DNA of 64,000 bases from Macrostomum lignano (lineage: Eukaryota), in the NCBI GenBank assembly GCA_002269645.1, contig NIVC01001805.1, positions 137,906 through 201,905 on the forward strand, in the 5' to 3' direction. The notes below the pieces were generated by a model. It saw nothing but the letters and a program-made list of their open reading frames with translations, had not been told where the DNA came from and ran no database searches. Of this stretch, positions 58,901 to 64,000 are shown piece by piece; within the stretch, counting starts at the first letter, position 1; the number at the start of each line of letters is the position of its first letter. Position numbers and translations under genes: made by a program.

Positions 58901-61900
58901 AATCCCCCGAGAATCCCCCGAGAATCCCTCAAGAATCCCCCGAGAATCTCGCTGAGAATAGTCCGAGAGTCCCTCCAGAATCCTCTCGAGAATCCTTCGA
59001 GAATCCTTTAAGAATCCTCTGAGAATCCCTCGAAAATTCCCTTGTTAGTCCCTCAAGAATCCTTGAGAATTTCTCCTCGATTAGGCCTCTAAAAATCCCC
59101 CGTTCTTTAGTCTAGATAACACCTCTTAAAAACTCTACTATGATCTTCTCATAATTCCCTGAATCCCTTGAGAATCTTTAAAAAAATACTCTCGTGAATT
59201 CCCCCGAGAGTTCCTGCCCCCCCCCCCCCTATTTCCTCGTTGTACCGCATGCATTTGCTTGAGAAATTGTCATAAAGTCTGTTAAAAGCCCTTGAGCAGC
59301 TGCTCTTCAGTCAGATTAGATTAAAGTAGCGATCGGGACAACCAGCTTCCCGGGTTCTTCATCGCAGGCCCTCGAGCGCGAGAATCAGGACAAAAAGCGC
59401 CGCGCCAAGCAGCGCCAGAAGACCGACTACAAGTTCGATCCGCAGAAACTGAAACGGAAGCGCAGGAAAACTAAGCACGTACCGTCGGCGAAGGTCGAGG
59501 ATGCCGCTGGCGCGGCCGATGCTGCCGAAGGAGCTTCTGGCGCTGCCGAGGCGGAGGTTCCAGCGTTGAAGCCAAAGTCGGGGCCAATTATGAAAGCCAA
59601 GCGGCTGACCACCCGACGGAGCCGGCAGGGCCGCCGCCGACTGGGGCGCCCGCTCGCGTCTGGTCGGAGGAGACGTCGGCGGAGGGGCCGGCCGCGGTGA
59701 AAGCTGGCGAAGAGTCGACCGCATCGCTGAGGCAGCAGCGGCAGCTGGAGCAGCTCAAGAGGATGCAGACTAGAGAGACCATCGACTCGCTTGCCAGGAC
59801 TGACAGCCATGCCGACCTGGGAGACGCCGGGGTGAGTGCGGGACCAAGGACCTCTAGTCGCTTCGACGTTTGTATTTCCTGTGGGAGCCCATAGACTTCT
59901 AGAGGTCCTTGTGAGAGCCCATAGACTTCTAGAGGTCTCTTTACAAGGCCTGTGAGATCCCGAGAACTACTGAAAATAAGCAAAGGAACTTGAGTCCTTG
60001 AGATATACCCACATCAAGACCAAGATTCCTAGTAGTCCATGTGTCCATGTGTCCATGTGTCCATGTGTCCATGTGTCCATGTGTCCACGTGTCCATGTGT
60101 CCATGTGTCCATGTGTCCGTGTCCATGTGTCCATGTGTCCACGTGTCCATGTGTCCATGTGTCCATGTGTCCATGTGTCCACGTGTCCATGTGTCCATGT
60201 GTCCATGTGTCCATGTGTCCATGTGTCCACGTGTCCATTTAAACTTTTCAAACTCCAAATTACACCTCAGACGCCATTGAAATGTGTTTGGTCGGTTGTC
60301 ATTGGTTACAAAAAATTTAAAATCACGGTCAAGCCGTTGTATATTTAGCGTGACGACCCATTTAGCTACCCAGACTTGGCTAAGAACTTAGCAATGCGCA
60401 CTTTGTATTGTGTTGCTGCATTTTTGCATCGATTGTGCTCATGTTTACTGATCAGGTTAGCCTTGCCTGACAAGCCCTCATTTTTCATTGTAACCCAGCG
60501 GAAGCTCTACAGAATGCTCAGAGGAGGCGTTGGAGCCGTCTTGAAGTGCCGCGTGGCCCGTTACTAAGCTCTGGCCCTGGCTTCTGCGGCTCAGTCAGTC
60601 TGATCAGATCTCTCACTGCGTGTTGCCACGCGGAGCCGCACGGAGACAAAGGAGCCCTTGAAGCCACGGAGGCAGTAATTGTTAATGATGTTAATAATAA
60701 CCTGCGATGGAGTCCCGTGCCAGAGCTGCCTGAGCAGTTTTTCGCACTCTTCACCCAGTCTCATCCTGCGGCTGGTGACTGACTTACACATCCTCAGTTG
60801 CATTGGGGCGCTGCTTTGTACTTTTAGCTAGGGCATAGCAACAAAACACTGCCTTCTTCATCAACTGAGTCAACTTTGAAATCCTGAAAATTTTTGCACC
60901 CCAGGATGCCCTGCATGATCGCGACAAGGAGGCTGAGGGACCAGCGGGCGATGGAGACACAGGTGAGTGCGAACTGACTGACTGACTGACTGACTGACTG
61001 ACTGACTGACTGACTGACTGACTGACTGACTGACTGACTGACTGACTGACTGACTGACTGACTGACTGACTGACTGACTGACTGACTGACTGACTGACTG
61101 ACTGACTGACTGACTGACTGACTGACTGACTGACTGACTGACTGACTGACTGACTGACTGACTGACTGCCGCCTGACTCTTACCCCAGCCGAGTCGCAGG
61201 GCCCGGTGGACCGCAATTGCCCCTGCTGCGCCAGCTGCTGCCACAACTACATCTGCTGGCTGCAGTTCCAAAATAAGCTGTACACCTTCGCCATGGACCC
61301 CTTCTTCGAGCTGTTCATCACGTGCTGCATCATGCTGAACACGCTGTTCATGGCCACGGAGCATTACCCCATGGACAAGACCTACGAGCTGGTGCTGGAC
61401 ACAACCAACTACATTTTCACCGGCATTTTCACATTCGAAGCGGTCATCAAAATCACCGCGATGAGCCGGCAGTACTTCCAGTCCGGCTGGAACGTCTTCG
61501 ACCTCATAGTGGTGATCGCCAGCCTGGTGGACGTAGGCGTCGAGGGAATCAAGGGGCTGTCCATCTTCCGCACCTTCCGCCTGGTAAGTGGCGCGGTCTT
61601 TGCAGAGGATCTGGGTCAGGCCATGGTAGTTGAAGAGAGGGCGCTAGACTCGACTTTGTCTCCAGCTCATTTCTAAGAAAGTCGAGTCTAGTGTCATTCT
61701 ACTTCAGTTGTGTTTGGGTCAAGCATCAGAAGAATCTGAGTCAAGCTCTGTAGGATCTGGTCAAGCTCTGTAGGATGTGGGTCAAGCTCTGTAGGATCTC
61801 GGTCAAGATCTGTAGGATCTAGGTCAAGCTCTGTAGGATTTGGGTAAAGTCTGAAGGATCTAGGTCAAGCTTTATAGGATCTGGGTCAAGCTTTTTGAGT

Positions 61901-64000
61901 CAGGCTGAAAGTATCTAGGTCACACGTGTCGCTCACTCAGCGGTGGAGCCCCAGATGTGCTCAAACTCCCCCCTCCGCAGTTCCGGGTGTTCCGCCTGGC
62001 GCAGTCCTGGGAGACGATGCGCAAGCTGCTGGTGATCATCTTCTCGGCCCTGGGCCGTGGGCAACCTCAGCTTCGTGCTGTTCATCATCGTGTTCATCTT
62101 CGCCATCATCGGCATGGAGCTGTTCCAGGGCAGTTACAATGCCGAAGTGTTCGGCTCGGCCAGCGACGTGCCGCGCTGGAACTTCGAGGACTTCGGGCAC
62201 AGCATGCTGATGGTGTTCCGGATTCTGTGCGGCGAGTGGATCGAGGCGCTGTGGGACTGCATGCGGGCCAGGGGCGAGCTCTGCGTTGTCGTCTTCATCC
62301 CCTCGCTGATCCTCGGCCACTTCATGGTGAGCCCTCCGGCTGGGCATTCCTGAATTCGAGTATGGACTATGTATTTCCTATAACGTGAAGGCCATTTACC
62401 TCTTACTTTGACTCGCGGTGGCCTTCTCTACATTTCCCCTTGCTAATCCCCGACCTCTCCTCTCTGCACCCCTTCCCTCTTCCCTCCCTTCACTGTCTTT
62501 TTGCAAATACAAATTTTACACCAACTTTTTGGCTGTCTTCGTTTAATACCATGTGACACTGTGTCAGCGCTTTTGGAATTAAAGGTGCACCCCTTCTCTT
62601 CCCCTCCGCCATCTCTCCCCCCTTCTCTTCCCCTCCGCCATCTCTCCCCCCTTCTCTTCCCCTCCGCCATCTCTCCCCCTTCTCTTCCCCTCCGCCATCT
62701 CTCCCCCTTCTCTTCCCTCCGCCATCTCTCCCCCCTTCTCTTCCCCTCCGCCATCTCTCCCCCTTCTCTCACCCTTCCCTCATTCTCACACCCTTCCCTC
62801 CCTTCTCTCAACCTTCCCTCCCTTCTCTCACCCTTGCCTCTCTTCTCTCACCCTTGCCTCTCTTCTCTCACCCTTGCCTCTCTTCTCTCACCCTTGCCTC
62901 TCTTCTCTCAACCTTCCCTCCCTTCTCTCACCCTTGCCTCTCTTCTCTCACCCTTGCCTCTCTTCTCTCACCCTTGCCTCTCTTCTCTCACCCTTGCCTC
63001 TCTTCTCTCACCCTTGCCTCTCTTCTCTCACCCTTGCCTCTCTTCTCTCACCCTTGCCTCTCTTCTCTCAACCTTCCCTCCCTTCTCTCACCCTTGCCCT
63101 CTTCTCTCACCCTTGCCTCTCTTCTCTCACCCTTGCCTCTCTTCTCTCAACCTTCCCTCCCTTCTCTCACCCTTCCCTCCCTTCTCTCACCCTTGCCTCT
63201 CTTCTCTCACCCTTCCCTCTCTTCTCTCACCCTTCCCTCCCTTCTCTCCTCACCTTCCTCCCTTCTCTCACCCTTCCCTCCCTTCTCTCTCTTCCAACTC
63301 ACTGCAAGCTCGCTAGTCTCTCCCGCTCTGTTCAACCTTTCAGGTGCTCAACCTGTTCCTGGCTCTCCTGCTGAACTCATTCAGCAACGAGAAGCTGGCA
63401 AAGGACGATCAGGACAAAGAGGAGAGCTCAAAGTTCGCCGTGGTCAAGCAGCGACTTTCCCGCCTGCTCGCGGCAGCTTGCCGGCCCTGCCTGCGCTTGA
63501 AGTGCTGCCTGTGCGGGCTGGCGGCGGCGGCCGAGGAGCCGCAGGAGTCCCAGGTGGTCGCTTGCAACGGGGAGGTCGGCGCTGGCAACGGGAGGTCGGC
63601 GCTGGCAACGGAGAGTTGGCGCTGGCAACGGGGAGGTCGGCGCTGGCAACGGGAGGTCGGTGCTGGCAACGGGGAGGTCGGCGCTGGCAGCCGGAGCAGC
63701 TGGTTGGCAGCGGCTCGGTGATTACCGTGGCAGAGCGACGGCCGCGGTGGAGCAGCGGCCGGCCAAGGCTGGCGAAGGCGGGTCCCGGAGGAGGCGCCAT
63801 TGAAAACGGCGGCGCTGATGCCGAAACGAGGCCGGTGGCGGTGGCGGAGGCTGCTGACTCCGTAGAGCCTGAAGGAGCAGCCGCTGCGGATTTAACGGAG
63901 CCGGCCGCGGCCACCGAAGAGGATGAAGAAGCAAAGGAGGAGCTGGAGAAGCTGCGGCTGCACGACTGCTGCTGCGAGCCTGCTACTCGCCCTGCCGCCC
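54077..64000 (+). CDS. Nav2: Voltage-gated sodium channel alpha subunit, Nav2 (BSC1/DSC1)-like; N-terminus to the II-III linker, 5' start not found, 3' end beyond the window. Exons: 54077-54241, 54919-55451, 55550-55758, 55998-56126, 56218-56327, 56842-57299, 58258-58392, 59368-59831, 60905-60962, 61189-61583, 61981-62326, 63344->64000
   Basis: N-terminal FRLFDRQS...[19 protein letters not shown]: [11 protein letters not shown]4 [19 protein letters not shown], pore [10 protein letters not shown] (D). DII: S4 FRTFRL|[10 protein letters not shown], pore [10 protein letters not shown] (E), [18 protein letters not shown] junctions with consistent phases. Apparent single-base frameshifts at ~59630, ~62055 and ~63600-63700. 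Confidence 0.93.
54296..54890. repeat. 16 bp minisatellite GAGTAGGGATATGCTT, ~37 copies
   Basis: An invariant array filling the intron 54242-54918. Confidence 0.98.
55765..55981. repeat. (GACA)n microsatellite filling a Nav intron
   Basis: Direct tandem repetition. Confidence 0.97.
56400..56730. repeat. 37 bp minisatellite GTCTGTTGAGGACCATTCACCTGACCTCAGTGTCCGA
   Basis: About 9 copies. Confidence 0.95.
57355..58202. repeat. 55 bp minisatellite GAGCACCCCAGTACTC(A/T)TCCTGATGGTGCTGCTATCAGCTACCCGATGCTCAACT
   Basis: About 15 copies. Confidence 0.97.
58530..59060. repeat. Degenerate ~11 bp repeat GAGAATCCCCC
   Basis: Homogeneous core at ~58790-58930 with decayed flanks. Confidence 0.9.
60036..60236. 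repeat. (GTCCATGT)n 8 bp repeat
   Basis: Direct tandem repetition. Confidence 0.96.
60974..61168. repeat. (CTGA)n microsatellite filling a Nav intron
   Basis: About 48 copies between donor 60963 and acceptor 61188. Confidence 0.97.
61735..61905. repeat. ~21 bp degenerate repeat GGTCAAGCTCTGTAGGATCT
   Basis: About 8 copies. Confidence 0.85.
62595..63290. repeat. CT-rich minisatellites (CCCTCCGCCATCTCTCCCCCCTTCTCTT, then CCCTTGCCTCTCTTCTCTCA)
   Basis: Two adjacent pyrimidine-rich arrays in the intron 62327-63343. Confidence 0.93.

Overview
This is a eukaryotic (metazoan) genomic window with spliced genes, GC-rich internal exons and AT-rich intergenic DNA. Almost every larger intron holds its own homogeneous minisatellite. 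This architecture resembles what is reported for the flatworm Macrostomum lignano, but that is inference and the species cannot be determined from the sequence. Host genes reconstructed by hand from splice signals and protein motifs: (1) a frameshifted 3' exon of an ADAP/centaurin-alpha gene (+); (2) a complete two-exon cyclophilin B (+); (3) two single-exon, TATA-driven, secreted Gly/Tyr-rich paralogs (+) that share an upstream GATA-N7-CCAAT module; (4) a complete SMAP1/2-type ArfGAP (-); (5) a complete nine-exon O-GlcNAcase (-); and (6) the 5' half of a Nav2-like voltage-gated sodium channel (+), cut by the window end. Mobile DNA includes an apparently intact 5.4 kb Mutator-like element with ~0.7 kb TIRs, an 8 bp TSD and a PHD-acidic repeat-FLYWCH-DDE transposase, several Tc1/mariner relics, and two tRNA-derived SINE families. 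The most notable items are the PHD-fused MULE, the Gly/Tyr secreted pair with its shared cis-module, and a ~31-copy array that repeats the SMAP splice acceptor together with its start codon. Scattered single-base frameshifts suggest long-read consensus errors. All coordinates were read by eye and may be off by a few bases.
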